DNA of 64,000 bases from Octopus vulgaris (GCA_951406725.2 OX597830.1:50902001-50966000); one strand, 5' to 3'. Positions 39,581-53,257 are shown, counted from the first letter of the stretch. Program-made: numbers and translations. The notes: generated by a model from the letters alone, not told the origin.

Positions 39581-40924
39581 CCGCTTCTGCTGGTGTTGAG
39601 TTCAAAATAACAACGTCATGAATATTAATTTTTGTTGATTATTGTATATAGACATATGCATGTGTATATGTATATATATATATATACACGCGCACGCATG
39701 CACACACATATATTCATATATATGTATATATATGTATGTGTTTGCGTGTGTGTGTTTGTGTGAACCTAAATCCCCGCCCACATATGTATCAATGTGTATG
39801 TATGTGTATGTAAGCATTCCTATTCATACAGGCATGTGTGTGTGTGTCTATGTGAAAGGAGGAAATTACACTGAAGGTCTCTATCAGCGACTGTGTTATT
39901 CAGAGTACGGTTCAGCATAATAGCAACACGTCATGTGATTATATTATTTATATATTATTCGAAGTGAAAAACATTCTAAAACAGCTAAAGAACTCTTCTC
40001 CGGAAATATATAACTGTGCAAGACACCATTGTCTGGGATAAATGTGAAGTAATTTTCCTAAAATAAAGACTGACTATGATACTTTGAGTCTATGATGTGT
40101 TTTGTTAATTGAGAAATTTTGGAAGAACTTTTAATTTCATATTCTTCTCTGGCAGACTTTCATTCCTAAACAGATTTGATTGCCAAATACTATTCTACGC
40201 TAAATGTTTAAATAGATTTTCTTGTCTAATGTTTTCTTTGATGAAACTGTTATTCCCAAAACAGAATAAATCAGGCTTAATTCATCAATTCGCCGGTTTC
40301 CTGAGCAATATATTAACGAGTGTATTATATTATTTGTTTGAAGTTCTAAAATATAGGTCAGACAGCAGCATATTGAATTTTTCCATCGAGGTCGTTATTA
40401 TCGCATGATCACTGATGGTCTAACTGCATCATGCTCGCCTCAAGCTTTGTAGCATTTCTAACTTCCATACTTTGCCTTGCACCTACAGATGATGTAGCGT
40501 TTGCATCAATATTATATTTCAATGAGCAGGCGGCAATTTTTCTTCTCCTTAGCCTCTTGTGTGTCCGAAACTGTTTACTTTCCAACACTTACGTTCACCA
40601 ACCGAAGCAACATTCTGTAACTTCCTTCTAATTTCTCCTTTTTTTTTTGTTTACTGATAGAGTCACATGTTTCTTCTTATGATTATTATTCTTTATTCGT
40701 AGAAAATGATATAAAATTAAATGCAAAAAATGCTTAATTATGGAAATATTAATGAAAAATTGTAACACAAATTGGCCAGTGTTGTGTATGGTAGATTCTT
40801 TCACAGTGTGCACTGTGTTACTCTTTTGAACCTGGATAGAAACCCTTTGGGTAGCTTGAGGTGACTTGATCTTGTCTTATGATTTATAAGATTTTAAGAA
40901 CAAAATACTATCAGATTATGACGG

Positions 40925-41247
40925 AAAAGGGTAAAGACCCCTTTCGGTTACGAAGGACCATGGGATTGCACCTAGAATGTTTCTCTTCCAGGAACAAGTC
41001 TGAGCAAGGTTGTTTGTGGAAGACCAGCCGTTGCTCATGCAAACCAGTCTCCCTGATGGCGTTCAAGGGAAAGGCAGAGGCCAATGCAGCTTGACATCAG
41101 TGATGTTGCAATGCATTTCTACAGCTGAGTGAACTAGAACAACGTGAAATAAAGTGTCTTCCGCAATACACAGCCCGATCCGGGAATCGTACTCTCAACG
41201 TCACGATTGTAAGCCCGACAATCTAACCAATGAGCCATGCATCTTCA
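40925..41247 (-). mobile_element. CORE-like SINE family 4
   Basis: Homologous to 57003-57588 minus its nested insert. Confidence 0.8.
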
Positions 41248-41393
41248 ATGTCAGATTATACAACCATAATATAAGAACAAAATCATAAAGAAAACCTGTC
41301 TTCAGTTAATGTTCTGAAATGAATTTATACATACAATTTCTCAACATAAAGTGTAGTGTTTATTAGAGTGGAGTGTGAAAGAGAAACAGTAAG

Positions 41394-41457
<64 letters not shown>

Positions 41458-41458
41458 T

Positions 41459-41590
41459 ATTTATTTTATAGAAGGAGCTTCTACAGGACTAGAACTGTTT
41501 CATTCAAATGAAATCATCAGGAAGCTTCCTGATGATTTCATTTGAATGAAACAGTTCTAGTCCTGTAGAAGCTCCTTCTATAAAATAAAT
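41459..41590. repeat. Perfect 132-bp palindrome (family F) in (TA)n
   Basis: 66-bp arms centred on gaag|cttc (41524/41525). The element continues to ~41658. Confidence 0.9.
41523..41573 (+). ncRNA. Type I hammerhead ribozyme motif (identical copy on minus strand 41476-41526)
   Basis: agcttc-CTGATGA-tttc-attt-gaat-GAAACAG-ttctagtc-CTGTA-gaagct. The first stem II pair is U-U. Confidence 0.7.
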
Positions 41591-41680
41591 TAATTTACTC
41601 TGCTATGTATTGAGTACCTTATTTACTGTGGTTAACCCCGGCTCAACCCGGGACCTACATATATATATGTGTGTGTGTGT

Positions 41681-41730
<50 letters not shown>

Positions 41731-42838
41731 CAAACAGAATATAGACAGAGAGAAGCAGGAAGAGGATGTGGAACTTAGAAATAAGGTATGTATTTTTGAC
41801 AGTGGTGTAAAACGGATGAGAAATACGAGGTGAACTGATAAAATACAGTTCGCCTCCGGTCTATATTTTTCTCACACTCCTTTTATCCTACCCTCTGGTC
41901 AGTGTCGTATTTTGATTCGATTAACTGTAAGATGTTTATGGGTAGCTCACAAAACCTGTCACAATATTTTCGGACCCGGGAACAGAAAAAAGTAGTGTTT
42001 TATTATGGTTCATGATTTTATTATTGACTGATCCTAACATTTCTGATGATTTATCATCTTTTGTAAATGTGAAGCACTCAAATACCCTCTCAATTGACGA
42101 TGGAAGTTAAAGCTGAGTCATTTATCTTAGACTTCGTGTATTTTATCTGATATCCACAAAACGTGATCCAGTTTAACGAGGAGCTGCCATATATATTATT
42201 AGAAGTATTTAACTGATTACTTGATTAAATCTTATCTGACAGAAAATAAGCTAAGAGGTTTGTTGATGAAAATATTATATACATTTAGTTTATCTTCATG
42301 TTGTTGACACACACACACGATGGGATGAAAAATTATCCAACACCGCAGGTTTATTTCATAATGTGATTGCAATTCATATCAGGACATCTGAGGAAAATAA
42401 TGAACGACAATATAACACATTTATTACATATGACGTATGTATTACATTTTTGTCTACAACTTTTTATGTAATATGGAATATAAGACGCTCGTTTACGGAA
42501 ATGAAAATTACATCAGTTTAGCTTCTCTTTCTTCCAAGTAATTATTATTCAGTCTGTGAGGATTATGATATGCCTACTGGATATATTTACCATGGAATCG
42601 AGAATTTCTCCTTATATCATTAGTAGAAGTATAACTCATCGTCCTTCGGTTATTGGAATTCTACGTTATCCAAGTTCCAACATATAGCGGCGATGAGTCA
42701 ATCGCCTGGATAATCCTTATTCTTTCAATTATTATAACCACACAAACACACGCACTCACGCATCCTCCCCCTCCCCCCACACACCCAGAATCATACCTCC
42801 ACAGACACATGTCTGTATGTATACATGTCTGTATGTAT

Positions 42839-42887
<49 letters not shown>

Positions 42888-43295
42888 TGCGTGCGTGCAT
42901 GTATATATATGTGCGCAAATCAGTTCGCTTGACTGCCTTCTTAAAGTAGCATGGATGTGGTCTTAGATTCATTTGCATTGATGTGGCAAAGACAGGTACC
43001 TTTTGCAGTAGGTGTGCGTAGACTTACCATCCACTCTGACACATTCCTGTATGTCATCGGGGAATCTCTTCATTGAATATTTTGCCTTTGTTGACTACGA
43101 CCATATATAACATGCAGCATATAATAAAAATATCAAAACTCATGCAATGCTTGTATCGGAAGCTGTTTAAACATGGGAAAGGCTTTGTGCAGAGTCATAG
43201 CTACTCTCAAAACAGCGTGTATAAGAAGAACTAGTCTACATCATTCGAAGCAAACTAAATCGCAGATGTTAAACTCATATTTTCCTTCCCTTGAG

Positions 43296-43549
43296 CATTG
43301 GTTCCCAACTGGGGTCCATATGGCCCTGGGGGTCTACATTATATTTTGTTGTTAAAAATCATGTGCAACAAATTTTTTATATTTCTACGATACGCAAGAT
43401 AGTTAAAAAAAATTAATACAGTCCCTAATAATATTTAATTATGAAAATATAATAGGAATTTTTTAAAGCTTCAAATGGCTATGCGGCTCCTATTGGAGTA
43501 AAATAAGAATCGAAAGGGTCCACAGGCGTAGAATGGTTGAGAACCACTG
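43296..43549. mobile_element. hAT-type MITE
   Basis: TIRs are cattggttcccaac and gttgagaaccactg, with a degenerate 8-bp TSD cccttgag / tcctagag. Confidence 0.75.
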
Positions 43550-43638
43550 TCCTAGAGAGATGATTAAATATCTACTTGAGATCGCACCCACACACTAATA
43601 CATACGCACATACACACACTCATACATATACACACATA

Positions 43639-44425
43639 AGCCTCAACCTATCAAAATCCGTCGTTCATGAGAACCTGGTAAAGCTTGGGTACACAAATCG
43701 CCACGATGTTTGGGTACCATATGAGTTGAGTGAGAAGAACCTTTTGGATCGCATATCCATCTGTGATTCGCTTTATAAACGGAATGAAAACGCGTCTTTT
43801 TTAAAGCAAATTGTGTTAGGTGATGAGAAATGGATTATCTACCGAAATGTTTAGAGAAACCGATCCTGGAGTAAGCGACATGAGCCACCATTAGCCACCC
43901 CAAAAGCGGGTCTTCATCCTAAAAATCTTGTTTTGTGTCTGGTAGGACTGGAAAGAAATTCTGTACTATGAGCTTTTCCCAAATAACCAGACAATTAATT
44001 CTGAGAAATACTGCACACACCTGGACGAGTTAAAAGCAGCAATTCAAGAGAAACTCCCAGAATTGGCCAATAGGAAGGGTGTTGTTTTCCAACATGATAA
44101 TGCAAGACCGCATGCTTTTTTGGGAAGCAGACCAAAATTGCCGCAGATATTGCTCCTTTGGATTTCCACTTTTTTAGGTCTCTGCAGAATAGTCTTAATG
44201 GTAAAAATTTCAAATCCTTGGATGACGTAAAAAGTTACCCTGATGAATTCTTTGCCATGAAACAACCTCAATTCTGGGAAGAGGGTATTTTCAGTTGAAA
44301 GGAAAGATGGAGACGCACTGTGCAACAAAGTGGTACATATCTGGTAGATTAAAAATGTAATGGCAAGTATTTATTGACCTTTTTCTTGCCTTTAAAAATC
44401 AGCACGAACTTTCTGGACAACCCAA
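43639..44425 (+). pseudogene. Mariner transposon relic (5'-truncated, internally deleted) with 3' TIR
   Basis: Motifs WVPYEL, GDEKW, QHDNARPH and PDIAPLDFHFF, with stops and frameshifts. It ends gcacgaactttctggacaacccaa|TA. Confidence 0.92.
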
Positions 44426-44949
44426 TACTTTTTAATCGAAAACTCATTGTGAATAATAATAAAGCTAAAACTACGAATGTTGTTGCCCAGTGTATGTGTG
44501 CGTGCGCATGCGTGCGTATGTGTATTAGTGTGTATCTGTGTATGAGTGTGTGTGTGTGTATGTGTATTAGTGTGTATCTGTGTATGAGTGTGTGTGTGTG
44601 TATTTGTCTATGCTTGCGCGTATGTGCTTGTGTGTGCATGTGTATGAGTGTGTGTATGTATTTGTGTGTGTGTGTGTGTTGATTGCTCTGTTTTGTGTGT
44701 GGGCGTCGTCAGAAATACTTATGGAATGTCTTGTAGAGTTTATGAGTTTCTATTATCTACAAGAGAATCTTTTAATTCTGTGGATATGGCTTGCATAAAA
44801 CTGAAATATCAGAAACGGTTATTTTGGTACGGTTCCATAAACCAAACTAACTGACATTAAATCAAAACACAATTATAAAAATCTAACTCGAGAAACAATA
44901 TTTCTTCTCTTTTGTTTATTCATGAATGTATTTAAATTCAATTATGTTC

Positions 44950-45400
44950 AACAACACCACCACCACCGGTGCCGCTATCGCCTCCGCCGCTGCCACTATC
45001 GTCAGCTCCGCCGCTTCCACTATCGTCAGCTCCGCCGCTATCGTCGCCGCCACCGCCCGCTGTTGCCGCCTCTGCTATCGCTTCCGTCGCTATCCCTTTC
45101 GGGGCAATCGCTTCCACGACTGCCACCTCCATCAACATCAGCAGCAGCAGCATTGCTACCACATCCACAACCACGATCACCATCATTATCAACATCCACT
45201 ATCATCTTGTCATCATCATCATCATCATCATCGTTGTGGTCATTGTCATCGTCATCATCATCATCATCATCATCAACATCACCATCATCATCATCATCAT
45301 CATCGTTGTGGTCATTGTCATCGGCATCGTCAACGTCAGCAGCGGCAACAATAGAATCATATCAGACACTATCTCCCCACCATCACTACACCATCTTCAT
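44950..45400. repeat. Trinucleotide (GCC/CAG/CAT) low-complexity tract
   Basis: Direct reading; includes internal duplications of ccactatcgtcagctccgccgc and catcgttgtggtcattgtcatcg. Confidence 0.85.
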
Positions 45401-45974
45401 AGAATTCCTTATTCTACCACGATTGTCGTAATTGTCTCCCACCCTCATGCCCCTTTTCTCAACCTCCCCATCTTCATCACCGATATACTCGCTGTCATTA
45501 TCTACATGATAGACAACTCTCTACACCCATCCCTATACCCTTGCTTTTTACGAAACATTCTTGTCGTCTCCATGGCTGTCAACGTCTTACATTGTATTTA
45601 TATTTATTGCCTAGAATAAGGCCGCAATCTTTTAATTGAGTAATTAAATGCTAATTGTTGTCTATTTATATCAGCCGTTATGTGTTGCAGATATATGTAT
45701 TGTGAAAGTATATAGTATACACACCCAGACACCCACTCACTTAATACATATATACATTCACAAACAAATACATATATACATACACAAATATATACGTACA
45801 TACAAAAATACACAGGCACATGCATGATTGAAAATGATGAGACGATATGTGTGTGTATACGTATCTATATTCTTATATGTATATATATATATTTATGTAC
45901 ACATATAAACACAACACACACAAGTACACACATATATTTGAAAGCTCATAATAGACAATGGTATTTCCGCGCAT

Positions 45975-46211
45975 TAAGGCAGCGAAGGGATGGCAGAATC
46001 GTTAGCACGCCAAGCGAAATGCTTAGCGGTATTTCGTTTGCCGTTACGTTCTGAGTTCAAATTCTGCCGAGGTCGGCTTTGCCTTTCATCCTTTCGGGGT
46101 CGATAAATTAAGTACCAGTTATGCACTGGGGTCGATGTAATCGACTTAATCCGTTTATCTGTCCTTGTTTGTCCTCTCTGTGTTTAGCCCCTTGTGGGTA
46201 GTAAAGAAATA
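45975..46211 (+). mobile_element. Full-length SINE family 2 with perfect 15-bp TSD
   Basis: GGTATTTCCGCGCAT at 45960-45974 and 46212-46226. The central gcctttcatcctttcggggtcgataaa..gtaccag resembles the Meta-SINE domain. Confidence 0.92.
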
Positions 46212-46295
46212 GGTATTTCCGCGCATGTATGTGTATGTCTATGCGTATGTATGTGTGTGTACACAGAGAGAGGGGTGAGCGAGAGAAGTAGATAA

Positions 46296-46375
<80 letters not shown>

Positions 46376-46689
46376 AAAGACAGAACACAAGTCTAACGAC
46401 TTGAACAACAATTTCCAGATTACGAGATTGGCCACAGTAACTCATGTACAAGAGGATTTACGATGGAGTGTGGAATGAAGATTCCTCAAAGTAAATCGAA
46501 GTGCAATGAGCAACTACAGCTACGCAAAGCTTCAGACACTGCTGAAGGGCCTAATTCAAGGTCTATTAGTCTGTCAGTCGAATGAGGACTAGCACCAGGA
46601 GGCAAACGACAGTGCTGAGGGCCTCTCTGCTCAACTTGTTCAAGTAGAGTGGATGAGTTTGAAAGCTCCTAGATCTTCGAGAAGAAGCC

Positions 46690-48260
46690 GCAGCTGAATT
46701 TGTTATCAGCGACGGATGCTAGACAGTTCAGTTGGATGGAGACCTAGACATCATCCTGGACAATATTTTGAAAATTGACGCAGCCAGGAAAATAAGAATC
46801 ATTGTAAGTTGTACACCTGGCATGACAACATGCCTTTGGTGTAAATGAAGTAAAACTAACAAGGTGTGAGATCCTTGTATGAGGAAGAGCCAGATCGGAG
46901 AATTAAGGTAAGACCTGATACAGCTGAAGAAAAGGTGGAAAGATAAAGGAAAAATAGCTTTTAACCAGCTTAACTCAGATATAGGAGAAACCTGTCCCAA
47001 ATTGGCTGGGACGAAATCTCCGGAAACAGCGGAATGAATGACAGAAAAAGGCGAATGCTAGAAAGTCCACTTTTAAAATAACATTGTTCACAGCTGACCT
47101 TCATGACAAGCTTAAAAACGGAAGCTGTTTTGTTCCAAAGAAGAGGTGGAGGGGAATGTAGCAGCAGTACCTGGTGATCCCAGGAGAAATATTCCATTCC
47201 GAAATTGTCCCTACTTAATGGCACGCTCAAACTTCACACTCCTCTCACTTTCGAGAAATTGAGATTACTGGTTGCAAGTGCTCGGTAAGTTCTGTTCAAG
47301 GGTCACCACAAGATTTATGAAATCTGCCCCAGTGCTGCCAAGAAAGCTAGCAAGACTTGTAAGTTTGAGCTAGAAGACGCACATTGCTTCTAACTAAACG
47401 TGAGGAAGTTAGACACAGCAACAAGATCATGAGTTGTGACAGACTGTGAAAATCCAAGGAAGATGCGAAAGAAGCAGAAACATAGTTGGAACATCAAGTG
47501 ATTGTTAAAGTGGTCTGTCAAGGAGTGTTAGAAACATGGTAACTACAGCGCCAAGATGTAGGAAAATACCAATGCCAAGTACAACACTGCAAGGAATTTG
47601 TAGTCCAAGATAGAACAATTTAAAGGCAGTAGTGCTTGCCTACTAGGGTTAACGGAGACGGGGATGCCAGATGCTCGAGAGCCTTTCTTCTCTGGAGAGA
47701 ACTCTGGAATAATAACGAGGAAAAAAAATTGTCCCTTCTCATTTGTGCTGTCGCCAACCTCTTCTCATTCCCAAATGACCCTAAAATATAGGGCAAAGCA
47801 GAAAACACTCCTGCAAGTTCTATAGGACAACTTTTTGTACCCTTGACAATATTTTCCAGGGAGAAGGCCGAAACCAGAGCTCTGGGTGAAGGTCGAAAAC
47901 AGAGCAATGGGAGAAGGTTGAAACCAGTGGAAGCACAACAAGAGCTTAAAGCCAACGAACAACAGCCACCACTAGACTAGTTTATCGACTCGTAATGGAG
48001 GGTGATAAGGCTCTTATGATGACAGCAACATTAGGGGACCCACATTTTATTTTCCATCCGACTTTAGACTGGGATATGACAGTAAAATTGAGGGGTAGAC
48101 TTGTCATCCTAGAGGCGGTAGAGTAAAGATCGTTCTGACCAGAATATTTCTGCTATCCAGGAGTGCAAAAGCAATCATCGTAGTTGAACTTACAATGCTG
48201 AAAAAAGACACACTTGATATTTTCAACCAGCAGAAGAAAGCAAAATAACAGACGTTGGTT
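46690..48260 (+). pseudogene. Decayed RLE-type non-LTR retrotransposon (HERO-like), internally deleted
   Basis: Collinear fragments QLDGDLDIIL, SQIGELR*DLIQLKKRWK, KIYEICP, LSLLICAVANLFSFPNDPKI*GKAE, ALGEGR and IFLLSRSAKAIIVVELT match the HERO-type ORF order. Confidence 0.7.
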
Positions 48261-48405
48261 GACATAAACATTAATTCATTAATTGAGGGACGATTAGACC
48301 TAAGCAACAACAAAAAATAATAATGTTAACAGGCGAAAAAGAATTGCAGACATGATGGGCACTGCCTTGTAAACAAAAATAAATAAATAAATAAATAGCA
48401 CCAAA

Positions 48406-48463
48406 TGCCAAAACCCAGGATTGAACCAGAGATATTTAGATCTTCAATCTATCGCAATCCCAC
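48406..48463 (-). pseudogene. tRNA-Phe(GAA) pseudogene, 5' end lost
   Basis: Minus strand gggattgcgatagattGAAgatctaaatatctctggttcaatcctgggttttggca aligns to eukaryotic tRNA-Phe. A T-run follows downstream. Confidence 0.8.
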
Positions 48464-49173
48464 CACAGTGAAGAAAATAGGATAGCCATGTTTGGAACCT
48501 CAACCAAAGCTAAAAAAAAACAAAACCATTGTGTATTGCTCTCAGAAAAGTCATGTTTAATTTGTTTTTCCTATATCAGCGTTGTTATTTAGGCAACAAA
48601 TACTTTTCTTTGTCACCATTCTAGTAAAGTTTCCACCGAGAAATCTTATGTTTTAAGAGGCAAATATATTTATATTTTATTTTGATATATATTTTATATT
48701 CATATTTAATACTGAAATTTTCGTTTTTTCTTGTTTGTTTCTGCAACATAAAACTAAAAAAGAAATCCAGAACTGAGTTGCGATGACACACAAGTTGTGA
48801 ATAAGAGAAACAGTGTCAGATATTTGGTAGCTTGACTTTAAATAAGATAGATTGCCGTTAACCAACCAACATAAAAATGCAAATCGATTCTAGTGAAATA
48901 TCACAATTCTATTATGGTTTTTAGCCTGATATAATGTAATACTATACAAATCAACATACGTACTTTGCATGAATGTATATATACACGTACGTATGCATAT
49001 ATGCATACCCATACATATATGTATATATATATATATATATGTATTATCTCTGTATGTACATGTATATAAGATGCGTGTTGATGCATATCTTCATAATTTA
49101 TTTGTGCATTTATGTGCATGAATGATATATATACATGTAATATACATAAATATATATATATACAAGTACATAT

Positions 49174-49226
<53 letters not shown>

Positions 49227-49475
49227 TATGTACATATATATATATATGTAGATATATATATATGTACATATATATATATGTAGATATGTGTATTTATATA
49301 CAAACACACACTTATATGAATGTGTAGATATGTATATATATGTATATATATATATCTATATATATATATATAGATATATATATATATACATATATATATA
49401 TTTATAAATGCGTTTATATACATATATACATATATAAGTATATATGTGTATATATATATATATGTATATATAGAC

Positions 49476-49517
<42 letters not shown>

Positions 49518-49597
49518 ATATATATCATACATTCACATAGATGCACAAATAAATTATAAATTATATATATATGTATATATATATATGCATATGTGTG

Positions 49598-49652
<55 letters not shown>

Positions 49653-49872
49653 GTTTGTGTGCGTGTACAAGATGCAATATGCTGTTTTCATAGAGCTTTT
49701 AGGATAAAATGATACGCAAAAAGCAGAAAACGAAGCCGATATGTCAAACACGTCATAACATGCACTGCATTTATTATTATATATATATTTTTTTTTTTTG
49801 AAAAAAAAAATAACTCGAGTTTTGTAATGGGTATGTGCTGACTGCTGTCATTTTACAATGTGATAAAGTCCG

Positions 49873-49962
<90 letters not shown>

Positions 49963-50119
49963 ATGTGTATATGTATATGTATGTATATATACACATGCAC
50001 AACACATATGCATGCGTATATATTTACGTCACAACAATTTAGAAACTTCGAGAGACCTCAATACGATTTTAGTGGTGTAACTCGAAGAAGATACAGCTAT
50101 AAATAGTCCTTTTTTAAAT

Positions 50120-50320
50120 ATCAGTACAAGGCCCAAAATGTTGAGAGATAGGGTGTCGAGTTAATTACATCGGCTTCAGGGCAAAAATGGACTAATTTTA
50201 TCGAACCCGAATGTATGACAGGTAAGACCGACCTCGGTAGTATTTGAACCTAGAACGTAAAAACGGACATGCTGCTAAGCATTTTCTCCAGTTGCTAATG
50301 GTTCAGCCATTTCGCTGTCT
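50120..50320 (-). mobile_element. Degenerate SINE family 2
   Basis: ttttatcgaacccga..gacctcggtagtatttgaac..gctaagcatttt. Confidence 0.7.
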
Positions 50321-50377
50321 CAGGTAAAGTTATAAATTTCGGTTTTATAGGCCCTTTGGACTGCTTGTATGTATATC

Positions 50378-50704
50378 ATTATCACCTCCGCCTTACAGAG
50401 GTTGTCTTTGAACAAGATATCTCAAGAATCGCTGGATCGATTCGAATGGAGCTTTCAGAGATGTTTGGCGTCGTGACTGACACAAACTGATTAGATTTTG
50501 GGATCGATCTGGTAACGAACAAGGATTTTATATTAGTTTGCCTGTTTTTTTTTTTTTTACTTAATTCTTGAGAACGGTAGGATTCATTTTTAATATTCTC
50601 ATTTGTGAGAGCAGTCGAATTTATTTCAGATATTCTCTGGCTAATCGTTCGGAGGATATTGGTGTTGCCTTGGCGGAGGTTTGCGCTCCCTGAATGCTCT
50701 TGTT
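50378..50704 (+). mobile_element. Helentron-associated (HINE/DINE-like) element
   Basis: Subterminal inverted repeats acctccgcc (50384) and ggcggaggt (50672), followed by a short hairpin remnant and TT. Confidence 0.7.
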
Positions 50705-50871
50705 TAGATTTATTTTTAGATTTCATGGCAATAGAGAAAGAACTGTTTTGCAACCTAGATACAAGGTTCTTTCTTTTGTGGCATTCTTGCATGTCAGTGT
50801 GCGTGAGTAAAATATCTGCTGTCAATATCTCTGTGCATTTGAATTGTTTTCGTTATGTATGTATTCTCATG

Positions 50872-51170
50872 TGGAGGCGCAATGGCCCAGAGTATAGGGC
50901 AGCGGACTCGCGGTCGGACGATCGCGGTTTCCATTCCCGGACCGGGCGTTGTGTGTGTTTATTGAGCGAAAACACCTGAAGCTCCACGAAGCTTCGGCAG
51001 CGGGTGGTGGCGACTCCTCTTGTACTCTTTCGCCCCACCTTTCTCTCACTCTCTCTTCCTGCTTCTTGAGTAACGCTGCGATGGACTCGCGCCCCCTCCA
51101 GCTGGGGCTGGGGAACAAATACACCACAGAAACTGGGAAACCGGGCCCATGAGCCTGGCTAGATAAAAAT
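50872..51170 (+). mobile_element. tRNA-derived SINE family 3
   Basis: Head shared with 32451 and 35263. Confidence 0.85.
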
Positions 51171-51267
51171 TAAAATGTATTCTCATATGTACAGCTGAAG
51201 GTCTAGGCATGTTATTATGTACTTATATGCTGAACTTCTGAAAAGTTACACATATGCTGACAATTTC

Positions 51268-51314
51268 CTTGGTAGTTTGTATGCTTGGTAGTTTGTATGC
51301 TTGGTAGTTTGTAT
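51268..51314. repeat. 3 x 16-bp tandem repeat cttggtagtttgtatg
   Basis: Direct reading. Confidence 0.9.
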
Positions 51315-51884
51315 CTGTAACCATCTAATTAGGCTTCTCTTCTCTGATTTTGAGAACCTGAACTTCGTAAGATTGATGCTGATACAGTTCATAACAGTGC
51401 TCCGATTGTTACTATAAATTTAAACGTGTAACCCGGGTAGAACACTCGCAATATATATAGTTACTCTTCTCTATCCAAAATCCCAATATCTGGTTTATTT
51501 TGCTTGCATTTTATTGAAGTTTACACTGAAACATTCCACCACTGTTTCTTACAGATTATGTGTGGTTATGACCTCTAACACACCGCGGGTTCTTATCTCA
51601 CTGGTGTCAAGACTATCCTTCCCACGGATTTCAATGTACTGTACCTAAGCTACAGCATGTCTCATCGGTAGATGCTTGTACGTGTGTACATATGTACGTA
51701 TGCATGAGTGAATGTATGTTTAACGTTATGTAAGAGTTCGAGAAATATGATTTACGTAGCGCAAATATTTTATGATAAAAGAACTCAATACATTAGTCAT
51801 TGTATCAATAGTTGTCAGTTTGCTTCGTATCTGTTTTTTCTTTAGCTATTTACCATAGAAAAAACTGTCAGCGTTATATATATC

Positions 51885-51916
<32 letters not shown>

Positions 51917-51972
51917 TGTATGTATATATGTATGCATGTATGTATGTATGTATGTATGTATGTATCTATCTA

Positions 51973-52007
<35 letters not shown>

Positions 52008-52009
<2 letters not shown>

Positions 52010-52252
52010 AATCCAGACATGAAAACACAGAGAAAACACAACAACGCGAGGACGTGGAACAAGTATGGTGTTATTGGACGCTCAGGAAAGGAAGGAAAGA
52101 AGGAAGGTTTAACGTTTCGAATGGAGCTCTTCGTCAGAAACATAGAAAAAGGAAAGATCGAAAGAAGGGAAAACGGAGGAAAAAAATCGCCAACGGTACA
52201 CGCGCGGTGACATTTTGAATATATATATATATTCAAAATGTGACCGTTGGCG
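52008..52252 (-). mobile_element. Penelope-like family A copy in (TA)n; hammerhead at 52107-52141
   Basis: Minus strand reads gttt-CTGACGA-agagctccattc-GAAAC-GTT-aaac. A short inverted copy of the end lies at 52231-52252. Confidence 0.75.
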
Positions 52253-52259
52253 ATATATG

Positions 52260-52385
<126 letters not shown>

Positions 52386-52512
52386 GTAGATGGATAGATA
52401 GATAAACTGAAAACTGTGTACAAATGACAGGAAATGACACACAACGTGCCTTCTATTGTATATGTGTGTGTATGTGTATTTATGTGCATGTGTTTATGTG
52501 CATGTGTTTGTG

Positions 52513-52543
<31 letters not shown>

Positions 52544-52757
52544 TACGGTATATATTTTTTATTTAACCCTAGGTTTGTACTCGTTCATCGAAGTTATGAA
52601 ATAATGCAATGCGGCCTCCTATGTTCAGGTCAATATGTTATGTTGGAGTATTTTATCTTGACATCTGTTGCTACCATTTAATCATTCCCTCTGATGGTGA
52701 TTTATGGAAATTCTGTGACCAGTTCTTGGCATTTAATGGTTTTTCATCCTTTCACAG

Positions 52758-52772
52758 GTTTCGTTTGTACTG
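52758..52772 (+). other. Candidate 15-nt microexon
   Basis: tttttcatcctttcacAG|GTTTCGTTTGTACTG|GTGAGT; splice signals only. Confidence 0.35.
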
Positions 52773-53219
52773 GTGAGTCTTTCAGAAACCTCTCTGAACA
52801 CCATTATATTCATTGTAAGTATATATGCTAATAATTATAGCATTTGATACCTACATAAAATGGAAGGATAAAGTGGTTCGTGTTGTCGTTGAGAATGCAA
52901 ATAATTCAGATAATCTAAATTGGAGGGTTTTTGATCATAAGTCTTCTTGATCAGAGCTTTCTTGAGGCAAAACAAGAAAAGCAACATCACCAATTACATG
53001 AATATGAGAAGCAGCAACAACAGAAACCACAATTTATTTCATTCCTCAGTCTATTAATCTCTGTATCTCACGGTCTCCAACCTATATATATATATATTTA
53101 TATATATAGACATAAATGCGGGCGTATGCATGTCTAATGTGTGTGTATGTTTGTGTTTGTGTGTTTTTGTGTGTGTGTTTGTGTGTGTATGTGTGCGTGC
53201 GTGTGTAAGCATGTGTGCG

Positions 53220-53257
<38 letters not shown>

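Noticed and set aside
44922-45619. Poly-His/Ser/Ile ORFs
   Set aside because: A trinucleotide tract open in several frames, with no sign of real coding.
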